Source: Octopus vulgaris
Lineage: Eukaryota
Reading direction: 5' to 3'
Assembly (NCBI GenBank): GCA_951406725.2
Contig: OX597824.1
Coordinates: forward strand, 95,232,001-95,296,000
DNA length: 64,000 nt
The position numbers and the translations under genes are program-made. The notes beneath the pieces were generated by a model, which ran no database searches, had not been told where the DNA came from, and saw nothing but the letters and a program-made list of their open reading frames with translations. Shown one piece after another: positions 12,300 through 25,539 of the stretch (within the stretch, counting starts at the first letter, position 1; each line of letters opens with the position of its first letter).

Positions 12300-13074
12300 G
12301 AGAGTGTGAGAGAGTTAAGCTTTTGTAGCAAAAATGAAACCTTATATAATCGGCTGCAGGGTCAATTACATGCACTGAGCTGTGCCATAGTTACATTATT
12401 TTGCTCAACAGCAATGTTCATAGTCTTGGTTGGTCATGTTTGGGAATTCAGCCAGAAAGTGGATGGTGGTTACTTCTCATAGGACCCTATGGAGGAGATT
12501 CTCGAGGACTCCTTTCCGTCTGCCAAGACCCACCCAGGATTAGTGGGCAGAGAAAATGGATGGATGGAAATCTGCTACTTTGAACTGTCTTTCTTTTATC
12601 TTCTCGTTAGGAAAAAAAAACAACAAAAACATTGCCCGTGGCCTCTTACAGAGCTTCTAAGACTAACTGGGAAAGAGAAGGAGAAAGTGTCTTCAAACAG
12701 GAAACTTGTCTTGAATACCTGAAGCGGAGGGAGTCTCATGTTCACCCAATTTACTCAGGCTGGTAGTGTTTTCCTCATTCAACATTACAGCATATCCAAT
12801 CTCTACATTCTCTTCACAGAATTCATCTTCGAAATATTTTATTCTCCCCAAACACAATAAATCCAATTCAAACACGTCGTGTGTCCTGGTGGCCAGATAT
12901 TGTAAGGGAGATAATCACTTTTAAATAAATATTTTTGGTGAGATTAGAAATTTGAATTGTAACTCAAAGATCAAGGAAGAAAAGAGCTTGTGTGGTAGGA
13001 AGCTTGCTTTCCAATCACATGGTTCCTGAGTTCAGTCCTACAGCTTGGCACTTTGGGCAAAAGATTTTCCTAAG

Positions 13075-13397
13075 GTGATTCTGCCTACAAAGTCAAAAAA
13101 CAGCATAGATTCAATGAATTTTGTAAACGTTTTTTCACACTAAGAGTTGCTGAAGCATGGAACAACTATCTGTTAGTTGCCAAGACATTGCATCCTTTAA
13201 AACACGATGCTTCCTGAAATTCACCAACACTACACCTGATATCACCACCTCCATACGCATGCACACATCTATATCTTGACTCATACACTGTTCGTTTTCC
13301 TGACTTTTGTACATAATTCGATGTACTGTACATGCACCTTTGATGAGTTGTAATGCACCTGAGCACTATATACAATAATTTCATTATTATTATTATT
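13075..13397 (+). mobile_element. CR1-like LINE 3' end
   Basis: Remnant F(F)TLRVAEAWNN..SFK, typical of the CR1 ORF2 C-terminus, then a 3' UTR and (ATT)n tail. A tRNA-headed SINE follows at ~13398-13715. Confidence 0.6.
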
Positions 13398-13910
13398 ATG
13401 ACTCAGTGGTTAGAGCATCGAGCTTACGATCGTGAGGTTGTGAGATCGAATCCCGGACCGGGCTGCGTGTTGTGTTCTTGAGCAAGACCCTTTATTTCAC
13501 GTTGCTCCAGTTCACTCATCTGTAGAAATGAGTTGCGACGTCACTGGTGCCAAACTGTGTCGGTCCCTTTGCCTTTCCCTTGGATAACACTGGTGGCGTG
13601 GAGAGGGGAAGGTGGTATGCATGGGCAACTGCTGGTCTTCCATAAAACAACCTTGCCTGGGAGGGTAACTTTCTAGGTGCAATCCCACGGTCAGTCATAA
13701 CCAAAGGGGATCTCAGCATATTATACAGCCTTGTAAATGGATTTGGTACACAGAAACTGAAAGAAGTCCAATGTGTGTGTGTGTGTATGTGTGATTGTGT
13801 CTCTGTTTGTCTCCTATCACTGCTTCACAACTGGTGTTGGTGTTTCTAAGATCCCATGACTTAGCAATTCGATAAAAAGAGTCAAATAAAATAATTGCCA
13901 GGCTTATTAA

Positions 13911-14146
13911 GGCAGTGATCTGGTAGAACCGTTAGCACACCGGGCGAAATGCTTAACGGTATTTCGTCTGCTGCTACGTTCTGAGTTCAAATTCCACCGA
14001 GGTAGACTTTGCCTTTTATCCTTTCGGGGTCGAATAAGTAAGTACCAGTTATCCACTGGGGTCGATATATAATCAACTTAATCCGTTTGTCTATCCTTGT
14101 TTGTCCACTCTGTGTGTAGCCCCTTGTGGGCAATAAAGAAATAAGA
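13911..14146 (+). mobile_element. SINE family B
   Basis: ggcagtgatctggtagaaccgttagcac..gagttcaaattcc..gccttttatcctttcggggtcga. A reverse copy with a duplicated 3' part is at ~50160-50565; many fragments elsewhere. Confidence 0.75.
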
Positions 14147-15392
14147 ATAAGTGCCAGGCTTAAAAATAAAAATAAAGATTTCTCAAGGCAATGCTCCAGC
14201 ATGGCTGTGGTCTAGTGACTGAAACAAATAACACATAACAGATGAAAGATCTCTATATCCTGTTTAAAGTTTAGAGTCACTCCCTGCAATCAAAATAATT
14301 TACTCCAACCTACATAAATATCATCGGAACAAAGAAGTGATAACAATAAGCAAATAAGTATCAACTGTTCGATCATGTTAACTCTTTGGCCATCTGATTA
14401 CTCTGCCAAATGTCATTCACATTGTTTTGAATTAAATTTAATCTAAAATCTTTTGCTTCATAACAAATGGTGAACATAGTACAAACTAGTAAAGATAAAC
14501 TCTGATAGCAGTTTCTGGGGCCATTGAATCAAATGAACACTCTATAAGTTCTCGCCCTGCTATACCACTTAACCACTCTCTTGTATCATGTATTTACCTA
14601 AAGAAGACCTGATCCAACTGGATTTAATTGGACCCTCTTAACCTCCAGGATATAACGAACCACAACAAATATCATTGATGACAAATATTCTTCCACTGTC
14701 TAGCCTATATTTCTCCGATGACAGAATACCCAACTTATAGAGTTGGGTATATATCATCATCATCATCATCATGTAACATCCGTTTTCCATGCTAGCATGG
14801 GTTGGACGATTTGACTGAGGTCTGGCTACACCAGACTCCAATCTGATCTGGCAGAGTTTCTACAGCTGGATGCCCTTCCTAACGCCAACGACTCCGAGAG
14901 TGTAGTGGGTGCTTTTACGTGCCACTGGCACGAGGGCCAGTTTAGTGGTACTGGCAATGGCCACGCCCAAATGGTGCTTTTTACGTGCCACCTGCACAGG
15001 AGCCAGTCCAGTGACACTGGTGACGACCTCGCTTGAATGTTTCACATGCCACCAGCACAAGTGCTAGTAAGGCGACACGGTAACGATCACGCTCGAATGG
15101 TGTGCTTAATGTGCCATCGGCCCAAAGACCAGCCATTTGCTCTGGCAACGATCTCACTCATGTGGTACTCTTAGTGCTCCACTAGCAACGGATGCCAGTC
15201 ACCGAGTTTGACTTCGACTTTGATTTCACTTGCCTCAACTGGTCTTCGCAAGCAGAGTTTAGTGTCCAATGAAGAAAAGGTATGCATAAGTGGACTGGTT
15301 ACACCCTTGGCATAGGCCACAAGGTTATGGTCACACCTGTGCTTGCCGAGTCTTCTGCAGCACAGCATATTTCCAGAGGTCCCGGTCACTAG

Positions 15393-15427
<35 letters not shown>

Positions 15428-17753
15428 AAAACAGAAGATAACATACATATACACACACATATAATGCTAACTTTAAGATAATGTGTTTTCACTAGTCTTT
15501 CAAAAATATTATCTATTTCAGACAGGAGTTTGTACTTGTTAGTATAACAGTTTGTTTGACCCTCCCTTTGTCTGTGCTCACCCTCACTGATCTTTATCTG
15601 TCAGATATTTTACATTAGTAAATATTCCAAAAGTGTTTTGAAGCTTTGCAATTGTTCAAATTAATGAGGTAGAAATTTCGATTTATTTTGAACACATAAT
15701 TTCTTATTTTTATTTCTGTATCAATAATGATTCAGCAAAAAATAACAACAGACAGCAAAAAAAGAAAAAAAGAAAAAAAAATTGTTAGAAGCACAAGTTA
15801 GGAAGCTCACTTTGCAACCATGTGGCTTTGAGTTCAGTCCCACTTTGTGGTACCCTGGGTAAGTGTCTTCTACTATGGTCTAAGGCCAACCAAAACTTTA
15901 TGGGTGAATTTGGTAAACAGAAATCGTGGGAAATCTACCACCATCATCATCATTTTAACATCTACTTTTCCATGCTTGGGTTGAACAGAGTTTGTAGAGG
16001 TACCCTTCCTGGCACCAACCCTCACCTGTTTCCAGGTAAGGTAATATTTTTCCATGGACAGGTACGTTCTCGTGATATATTGGAAATGAATGACACTGCA
16101 TGTATGACAGTGATAATCATTTACAACTGTCATGCGATGTCAAGAGACACACACACATTCATACACACATATACACATATATGTATGTGTGGCTTTGTCC
16201 TGTGTTTTCCCCCCACCATACACACCACTTAACAACCCACATTGGTTTGATTATGTCCCTGTATCATAGTGGCTTGGCAAAAGAGACCGATAGAATTAGT
16301 ACCAGACTTGAGAGAGAATAAATAAGTTCTGGGTTTGATTTGTTCAACTGAAACCCTTTGTGGTGGTGCTCCAGCATGGCTGCAATTAAATGATTAAAAC
16401 AAATGAATGATGACAAAATATAAAAGCACCCACTTTTATGACTGTGGATACATTGAAATCGAAGAGACTTCTGTTGGTCACAACTATGATGCTTCAGTTA
16501 CTAAGCTTGTTCTTAATCATTTAATCATAAAATTACTTTACGGTGAAACTAAATACATTTTCAGATCTTTTAATAAGTTTTACGTATTTTGAACCTTGTT
16601 GAAAAACTCACTTCCACATTTATTTATTTGTATATGATAGCCTTTAAAAGCGACTTCCACATCTACTTTTGGAGCAAATCCTCTGGCAGATTACTTGGTA
16701 GATAGACTATTTTATCATATGTAATAATATTTGATTTCATGAGATTCTGATGGGTTGAATAAACCAGTTATCTAATCTTCCCTGATTAGACAATTTCCTT
16801 TATTCAAGCAACAAAGTTTGCATGCAATTTAAGATTTTTATCCTAGTCTTCATTATATTTAATCTGATGTGAAGGCGCGTGGCTTAGTGGCAAGACCCCT
16901 TATTTGACGTTGCTCCAGTTCACTCAGCTGTCAAAAATGAGTAGTACCTTTATTTCAAAGGGTCAGCCTTGTCACACTGTGTGTCACGCTGAATCTCCCT
17001 GAGAACTACGTTAGGGGTACACGTGTTTGTGGATTGCTCAGTCACTTGCACGTTAATTTCCCAAACAAGCTGTTCCATTGATCGTATCAGCTGGGACCCT
17101 CATCGTCGTAACCGACGGAGTGCTCCTATTTAATCTGATGAGCTACAGCTTAAGCCACTATTTGAATTTCTCCTCTAAAGTTGTTATTGATTTTTCAGAA
17201 ACAGAAATAATTTATTTACACACAAGAGATTTCATAGGGAACTTGGCATAAATTCCACGTTTGCCCTCAATCAAAGGAGAAATTACAATCCACGCGGTTA
17301 CCACAACCAGGGGAGATAATTCAACTTGATTCTCTATCAATGCAAGAGAGATAAATGATGGTAGCTGAGACGAATCCATTGAATGGCAAAAGGGGTAGAC
17401 GTACATTTTACAAATGTACAACAACCCTCCTACCAAGAGAAAAGTAGTTACAGACATATCAATGACAATTCGAAACCAGCAAAACCTGGAGAGAAGGGGC
17501 TTCACTCCGAGAAATATATAGTGCAGGGCAGCGAAATCTCCCTGCGAGGGAGATGGAAGAGGGAACAGTCTGGAAATAGGTGGAGGCAGGAAATTGGTGT
17601 AGAGTTAAAAAGGTAGGGAGAGAAGCAGGAAAGATAGGCCAGTGTTTAGAACAGTCGTCAAGGGCCTTATGGTCCGTAGGGAGGGAAGGGGTTAAGTAAG
17701 ATATGTAGGTTGGTTGGTGAATTTCTTTGGCCACATTTTACATTGTGTGTGTG

Positions 17754-17791
<38 letters not shown>

Positions 17792-18462
17792 GTGAAGGCT
17801 GAATTCATATACTCTTTTACTTGTTTCAGTCATTTGACTGTGGCCATGCTGGAGCACCGCCTTTAGTCGAGCAAATCGACCCAGGGACTTATTCTTTGTA
17901 AGCCTAGTACTTATTCTATCGGTCTCTTTTGCCGAACCGCTAAGAACCGCTGAGAACTACATTAAGGGTACATGTGTCTGTGGAGTGCTCAGCCACTTGC
18001 ACATTAATTTCATGAGCAGGCGGTTCTGTTGATTGGATCAACTGGAACCCTTATCATTGGTGTGCTAACAATTCTGCTTACTCATTGCCATTATATTATC
18101 AGTAAATATAAAAATAATTCTAAGCAAGAAAGTAACACAGTCATGTTTTATATAAATAGTTTATTACTGATATCTCTAGCAGGACCGGCCTACACTACTA
18201 CGGTGCAAATATACAAATGTCCAAACTGCAAACAAGGCAAGCCTGCTTTTTCACAGAATTTCTCTTGTGTTTTCCAAAAGTCTTCCTCGTGGAAAGATTC
18301 CCTGAAATACACAAAAAAAGGTTAAGGAACAATGTTGTTTTAAAAAGGTACGCTGGAAATATTCAAATCTTTACACATCTAAAAATGACTTTACCAACCT
18401 TAATATAAGAATGAAAAATGTTTTTAAAATGATTATTGGTTGTTTTTGTTGTTGTTCTTTTT

Positions 18463-18523
18463 TTATACACGTGCTCCACTCTTTGCAGTCAATAACATCT
18501 TTTTACCGAAATGGCAGAGAATC
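18463..18523 (-). CDS. DHRS7: DHRS7-like SDR, terminal coding exon 8
   Basis: Acceptor gttttag; reads (W)ILCHFGKKMLLTAKSGARV-stop (cf. WITNKMGKKRIENFKSG). The eight exons total 969 nt = 322 aa + stop. Candidate AATAAA at 18160-18165. Confidence 0.8.
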
Positions 18524-18809
18524 CTAAAACAGGTAGAAAAAATTTATTTTATTAATTATCTTAAATGTTTAGCATTCAAACTGGCCATATTAAGCCTAAA
18601 TATTCTGTCTAATTTGAACATAAGTTCAAACTAGCCTGATCCAGCCTCTCACACCTACCCTAAAATGTCATTCTAAAAATATACAATCACATCAGGGAAA
18701 TCTCAAAGCCACGAGATTATGTATGATTAATTCAAAACAATGTGAATAAGTATTACATTTGATGGAATAATAGGAATGCTAAAAGGTTAAAGAAACACAC
18801 ACACACACA

Positions 18810-19262
18810 CGTGGTCTGAGCATTAAATATCCGGACTGTTGCTATAGTAACGAAGGTGAAGCATGCACATTGAAGCCACTTGGCACAGATTGACCTTGAA
18901 CTCTGCTGTGCATGAGCAATAAGGTTCAATGTTCTAGCTCACTTCCACTGTTTACAGCAATGCTTGGAAGGAACATGTGTAGCATGTGATCATCACATTG
19001 ACCATGGCAGAGAAAGTTGAGCAGAGAATCTGCATCAAGTTTTGTCAAAAGCTTGGTGATTCCTGCTCAGAGACTTGTGCCAAGTTTTCAAAAGAATTTT
19101 CATCGGTCTCGATACAATCAAGGAAATCTTGGGCAACTGAAAGCTGAGTGTCCTTTCGGTCAGCTGAAAGCAGTTTTGGCACAAGCTTGGCAGACGTGTA
19201 TCTCATACCCAAATCTTCAAAATGGACTGAACTGAACCATAACTAATCACATGGATGGTGAT
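18810..19262 (+). mobile_element. mariner-like relic
   Basis: Encodes MAEKVEQRICIKFCQKLG, a typical mariner transposase N-terminus, then rearranged sequence. Another relic lies at ~23943-24115. Confidence 0.65.
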
Positions 19263-19567
19263 TTGATGATTTCCCTCTTCCCTTCCCCTATTCCCATCCC
19301 CTTCCCTCTCCCCCACCATCTCCCCTTCCCCTTCCCTCTCCCTTTCTCTCTCCCATTCCCTCCCCATTCCTCTTCCCCCTCCCGTCCCCTTTCCCTCTCC
19401 CCTTCCCTCCCCCCTCCACCCGATTCCACTCCCCTCCCCTCTTACCTTCCCCCCACCCCAGCTACAATATTGCCCCTATTTCTCCCATAATCATTTTGAC
19501 CAATCTGTGTTCTAGTTCCCACAAAGCTTAGTATGCCATGGCTACAACTGAAGTACAAAAAACTTAC

Positions 19568-19734
19568 CATTGTCCAAAGGAAGGACAATACTGGCACAAG
19601 TACATCACCAAAAGCAGGGGATGTCTAGCAATCCAGACCTCATCCAACTTGTTGGCCACAGCAAGAATTATAAGTCGGGCGCAGCGTGCTGTGTCCATTC
19701 GTCTATCATTAGGGTCCATCTTCATACCATAATT
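19568..19734 (-). CDS. DHRS7: DHRS7-like SDR, coding exon 7
   Basis: Read manually: NYGMKMDPNDRRMDTARCARLIILAVANKLDEVWIARHPLLLVMYLCQYCPSFGQ(W) (cf. DHRS7 MTTSRCVRLMLISMANDLKEVWI). Acceptor ttccag, donor gtaagt; 167 nt, phase 0/2. Confidence 0.93.
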
Positions 19735-20849
19735 CTGGAAATAGATTGAAGAAATTTTGAAGCCAATCCAATTTAAAGTGGAAGAAAATTATACACAAAA
19801 TCTTGCATGAAATTCTTGTGGTGGGAATTAAATTCCTACTAATTATTCTTCTCTACTTTAGGCACAAGGGCCAAAATTTTTTTGGGAGGAGGCTAGTCGA
19901 TTAGATTGACCCCCGTACGCAACTGGTACTTAATTTATTGACCCTGAAAAGATGAAAAGCAAAATCAACCTCAGTGGAATTTGAACTCAGAATGTAAAGA
20001 CAGACGAAATTCACACTAAATGTTTCATATCTGTATACAGTAGTGCTTGCGAAGATCTGTTGAGGCAAGTGAAATAGAAATCAAATTCAATGCCTGGCAT
20101 CCGTGCTAGTGGAGCGCTAAGAGCACCATCCAAGCATGATCGTTGCCAGAACAGCTAACTGGCTTCTGTGCCAGTGGAACATAAGAAGCACCATTCGAGC
20201 ATGATCGTTACCAGCATCACCTTCCTGGCACGTGAAAAAACATTCGAGTGATGTTGTTACCAGTGCCGCTAGACTGGCTCCTGAGCAGGTGGCACATAAA
20301 AAGCACCATTTCAGCGTGGCCGTTGCCAGTACCGCCTGACTGGCCCTCGTGCCGGTGGCACGTAACAAGCACCCACTACACTCTCGGAGTGGTAGGCGTT
20401 AGGAAGGGCATCCATCTGTAGAAACTCTGTCAAATCAGATTGGAGCCTGGTGCAGCCATCTGGTTCGCCAGTCCTCATGCTAGCATGGAAAGCGAATGTT
20501 AAATGGTGATGATGATGAGTAATGCTTCAATATATAAGTTAATTTGTTCCCAGTGAAAACTTGTAAAGCAGAGCAATAATTCCCCATAGTAGCAATGTTA
20601 TAAACCGTAATTCGTTCCCCGTAAAATATTTTACCAATAAATTTTATAACACTCATAAATAAATGGCAATAAAACAACAGCAGGATGTAAAGAATATTTT
20701 ATGCAAAATAAAAAGAATGTCACGATCGCTTTTAATAAAAAATATTATTATTATTGTCGTTTTCTGAATCATTTTTGCTTGCATTAGTCTTGTGTACACC
20801 ATCAGTTGTAGATGCAATCACCAATTCACAAGCACTTGTAGACAGACTC

Positions 20850-21122
20850 ATAGAGTGCAGGTGATGAGTAAAAGAGATGAGTGCAGTGGATGAGTACAAG
20901 AGATGAGTGCAGGTGATGAGTAAAAGAGATGAGTGCAAGGAATGAATGCAGTAGATGAGTGCAGGGGATGAGTGTAGGTGATGAATGCAAAAGATCAGTG
21001 CAGGTAACGAGTGCAGTGGGTAAGTGCAAGAAATGAGTGCAGGTGATGAGTTCATGTGATGAGTGCAAGAAATGAGTGCAGGTGATGAAAACAAGAGATG
21101 AATGCAGGAGATGAGTGCAGGT
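20850..21122. repeat. Degenerate 13/26-bp minisatellite
   Basis: Repeated gatgagtgcagg(t/a) and gatgagtaaaaga units in DHRS7 intron 6. Confidence 0.85.
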
Positions 21123-21321
21123 ATACCCAGCCAGATAAGATTGTCATTGTTTGTGTCCAGCCTAGACAATGTCTTGAAGAAAAATTTGAGCAGAGAGGAT
21201 GAGAGAGAATTCTTGCAACACAGAAAACTTTTCTTGAGTCCCCCTATTTGGTGGTATTAAGCTATGTGGTGCATTAAACAGATGCAAATTTATGCAAATT
21301 ACGGTCAAATGGATGTCTTAC

Positions 21322-21441
21322 AGTAGCAATAGTTCCTGTGAATGCATTTTCCAGAAGATTTGAGAAAGTTGGTCCGGGGCAAATAATTGACACACCAATG
21401 TTGTGGTTGTGCATCTCTAATCGAAGACTATCGAAATATCC
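21322..21441 (-). CDS. DHRS7: DHRS7-like SDR, coding exon 6
   Basis: Read manually: GYFDSLRLEMHNHNIGVSIICPGPTFSNLLENAFTGTIAT (CPGP motif). Acceptor ttctttcag, donor gtaaga; 120 nt, phase 0/0. Confidence 0.94.
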
Positions 21442-22239
21442 CTGAAAGAAAAAAAGAAATGTGCTTTTTATGGAATATATTATAAGAGATTAATGGATTA
21501 AGTTACATTGTTAGCACAATTTTATAGAAATAAAAAGTAGATATAATGGGTTACTTGACCAGAAGAAAATTGTAACTGGGCCCCACCTGCAAGGTCATGT
21601 GCTGTTTATCTTGATATGAGATCACCATGTCACGGACATATGGTTGTGATGCATGTGCCTGGTGTACCCTTATCAGACGGGTAGTCATGATGGACTTCGT
21701 ATATTTTACCCCAGTGTCACTTTGATGACATGCTCTGCTCTCTCACTTAATAATGATGATGATCTTTTCTACTATGAACACAAGGCTTGAAATTTTTTGG
21801 GGGTGGGGGTGAGGGCTAGTTGCTAACATCTATTCCTAGTACATAACTGGTACTTATTTCATCGACCTCCAAAAGGATGAAAGGCTGAGTCAGCCTTAAT
21901 AACTCTTTGTCATTGCTAATGTTTAGCCCATGGTCAGCCTTGTATCACATAAGGTTCTCAATGGAGTTAGAACAATATTGATTAAAAGAAAAGAATTCTA
22001 ATGCTCCATTATTGAAGGACAGTATGGTGATATAAATGTTTAACCTTTGATTGATGACTAATCTTTAGATCCTTCCAGAAAGGATTGTGGGAAGATCACT
22101 TGGCTTTTTGATTTCTGAATAATTTTGTTACTACGGAAACTCCTAGAATAACTGAAAACTATGTAATATTGTATACAAGAAGATCTACCTGGAAAAGAGA
22201 ACTTAAATGAACAACAGTTTGAATACCAGTTGTACTAAC

Positions 22240-22286
22240 CTGAAGAGCATGCTTGGCACCAGTATAAGAAGCCGAAAAAGGTGCAC
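22240..22286 (-). CDS. DHRS7: DHRS7-like SDR, coding exon 5 (catalytic YxxxK)
   Basis: Read manually: GAPFSASYTGAKHALQ. Acceptor ttcag, donor gttagt; 47 nt, phase 1/0. Confidence 0.93.
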
Positions 22287-23051
22287 CTGAATTATAAGAA
22301 AAGATAAGTGAAAATAAGAAGAAAAACTCAAATATTTTATTAATTTTTTAAATTTAAGTAGCTAGAAACATCAAATTTATGGAAAAACTATTAAAAAAAA
22401 CCCCAAGATAAAACCATAAATATGGCCATAACTGTGTTATTTAGGCTCAGTTCCTTAAGCAAGTCTCTTTGGTATAGCCCCAGGCTGAGTGAAGCCTTAT
22501 TAGATGATTTGAGGGATATGAACTGTAAAGTAGCTCATTGTATGTTTGTATATCCAGGATATGGCATTAAACAGGTTAAATTCCAGGCTTAAAAATGAGT
22601 ACTGGGGTCATTCCTTTGAGATAGTGCCCCAGCATGGCCACAGCCTTATGACTGAAGCAATAGATATATAGACAAAGAGATGGATATACATCATCATCAT
22701 TTAACATCTGTTTTCCATGCTGGCATGGGTTGGATGGTTTAACAGGAGCTGGTAAGGCTGGGGGTCACATCAGGCTCCATTATCTGTTCTGGCTTGGTTT
22801 CTATGGCTGGACGCCCTTTCCATGCCAACCACTTCACTTAACGTACCGTGTACTTTTTAATGTGACACCAGCACTAATGCTCTTAACATGGTACCTTTTT
22901 ATGGGGCATATTCATATATCCAGACATCCATATTGACATTCAAACAGACATCTGAAATTAAAATGAATAAATTTTCCTGAGTTAATGTTTGAATATACCA
23001 GGGTTATGGTATGAGCTGTTTAATTTCTAAAGACAGAAATATGGAATATAC

Positions 23052-23244
23052 CTATTTTCCCTTCGACAGCCCCCATAACGACTATGTGGCCTTCTCCTCG
23101 GTTTATCATATGAGGTAACACGTTCTTGGTGAGAGACAATGTGCCAAGAACATTTAATTCCATGCAGTATCGGTCTACGTCCAATGAGGTCTCTTCCCAC
23201 GCCGCTCGTTGACTGCGTCCGGCGTTGTTTACTAGGATATCGAT
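23052..23244 (-). CDS. DHRS7: DHRS7-like SDR, coding exon 4 (NNAG motif)
   Basis: Reads IDILVNNAGRSQRAAWEETSLDVDRYCMELNVLGTLSLTKNVLPHMINRGEGHIVVMGAVEGKI. Acceptor ctcag, donor gtatat; 193 nt, phase 0/1. Confidence 0.95.
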
Positions 23245-23334
23245 CTGAGCAAAGATATAGAAAAACTGGATTAATAAAAAAAAATCACGTTTGACAATAG
23301 TATTCAATTCTATGTGAGTGATTATACATGTATA

Positions 23335-23942
23335 AGCATGTGTGTGTAAGTGAATATATATGTGTGTATGTATGTGTGTGTATTAACTGAATATATATGT
23401 GTATGCGCATGCATGTGTGTGTGTATTAAGTGAATTTATGTGTGTGTGTGTGTATTAACTGAATATATATGTGTGCACGCGTGTGTGCATGTGTGTATTT
23501 AGTGAATATATGTGTGTGTGTTTATTAAGTGAATATGTGTGTATGTGTGTGCATTAAGTGAATATATGTGTGTGTATTAAGTGGATGTGGTGTGTGTGTG
23601 TGTATTAAGTGTATATATGTGTGTGTGTGTGTGTATTAAGTGAATGTATGTGTGAGTGTGTGTATTAAGTGAATGTGTGTGTCAGTGAATATATATGTAT
23701 GAGTGTGTGTATATATTAAGTGAATATATATGTGTGTGTGTGTGTATTAACTGAATATATATATGTGTGCGCACACGTGTGTGTGAGCGTATTAAGTGAA
23801 TATACGTGTGTGTATTAAGTGGATGTGTGTGTGTGTGTGTGTAAAAACTGTATATATATGTGTGTGTGTGTGTGTATTAAGTGAATATATATGTGTGAGT
23901 GTGAGTGTGTCTATATTAAGTGAATACGTGTGTGTGTGTGTG
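23335..23942. repeat. Compound minisatellite: tattaagtgaatat core with variable (GT)n
   Basis: About 20 recurrences, near the exon 4 acceptor. Confidence 0.85.
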
Positions 23943-24786
23943 TACAAGGTCTGATCAAAAATTATCATCTACCAAATGAAAACCACGACACAGATCAATC
24001 CAGCATTTAATCTCCATCAAAGTTGTCCCATTCTGAAACCACACACTTTATATCCAGCTTCATTTCCATTGATGGAACCATTCCTGCAAATCCGTCTTTG
24101 GGACAGCAAGCAGCAATGCATTGTACTTTAATGCACAGAAAACCATTTTCATGCAACTGCGCTCCTGAAATTGAGCTGCGTCTAACATGTCCTGTCCGTA
24201 TGTTTTTTTAGCATCAAATATGGCATTTAAATTCTTTGTGTAATAATAGAACAACCAAGAAAATGGTGAATTTATTTAATCTGAAGTACAAATTCCATTC
24301 CCCATTTTTATATTAGTTTATAACGTTCCAGTTGAAAATCTGAAGTTCACGGATTGATAAAGACATCAAAGTTGCCTTTGAAGTTTCCTTATATTTATGC
24401 AAAGCTTTTTAAAAACTTGATATGCAAGGCCCCTGGGGCATATCATTATTGCTATTTCTAAAATGTTGAACTTATAGTATATCCAGTGGTGTAGCTAGAG
24501 TGTGGACCCCCTGGGGACACCCTTTGAGTTTGCTGCTTTCCCACCGGGCCCCTAAGCCCATATAGGTTTATACAGCAAACTTAAAAGTGGAGCCCTTATA
24601 AAAGCATGCCCCGGGGAACACCACCCCTCTTGCCTCCTAGCCTACCTACACAACTGAGCATTTCATTATTCTTCTCACTTTTTAATTTATTTCCTTTTTA
24701 CTTTAAACAGGAAATGCCAAGTCCTTAGATTTATATGCATTATCACAATGCCTGGTTGATGGCTTCTCTCTCTCTTTATATATATG

Positions 24787-24857
<71 letters not shown>

Positions 24858-25079
24858 TCATCATCATCATTTAACGTCCACGTTCCATGCTAGCATGGAT
24901 CAGACAATTTGACTGAAGATTGGCGAACCAGATGGCTGCACCAGGTTCCAATCTGATCTGGCAGAGCTTCTACAGATGGATGCACTTATATATATATATT
25001 TCGTTTTGGGATTTGGTTTGCAAGATTCTTTATATGAGTTTGTGTGTTGAAGCATATTCTGTTGTGTCAGGGGAGAGTC

Positions 25080-25300
25080 ATTTTCTTTTTGTGCCTTATT
25101 ATTTAACACACTCACTGGTAAAATTTCCATTTATTCCTTATTCTTATTTTCCTAAAATTTTCGTTGCATCTTGCAACCTTTTGAGTCAAGACTATTGAAA
25201 AGGTTGCAAGATGCAACGAAAATTTTAGGAAAATAAGAATAAGGAATAAATGGAAATTTTACCAGTGAGTGTGTTAAATAATAAGGCACAAAAAGAAAAT
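25080..25300. repeat. Perfect 103-bp inverted repeat with 15-nt loop
   Basis: 25080-25182 is the reverse complement of 25198-25300 by inspection. Confidence 0.92.
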
Positions 25301-25432
25301 TTTGTGTATTGTGGAAATGTAACCAATTCATTGGAAATAAATTTTAACCACAAAATCTGATGTGAACCCACAAGGGCCATCATGCGCTTGGTTGAAAACC
25401 ACTGCTTCAGAATATTCAATAATTTTTTATAC

Positions 25433-25539
25433 CTGAGAATAATACTGTAAAACATTCATCACCGCATGAGGATGGCTTCCGAAATCCAACAAGTCAAGAG
25501 GCACAATCAAGATATCATCCGGAGAAAGACGACCACTTT
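25433..25539 (-). CDS. DHRS7: DHRS7-like SDR, coding exon 3
   Basis: Read manually: ESGRLSPDDILIVPLDLLDFGSHPHAVMNVLQYYSQ (cf. DHRS7 DILVLPLDLTDTGSH). Acceptor ttacag, donor gtataa; 107 nt, phase 1/0. Confidence 0.92.

Noticed and set aside
12693-12910. LTR retrotransposon PBS/gag start on the minus strand
   Set aside because: Only a weak ..ACA-tatctggccacc resemblance; no second LTR or recognisable domain.
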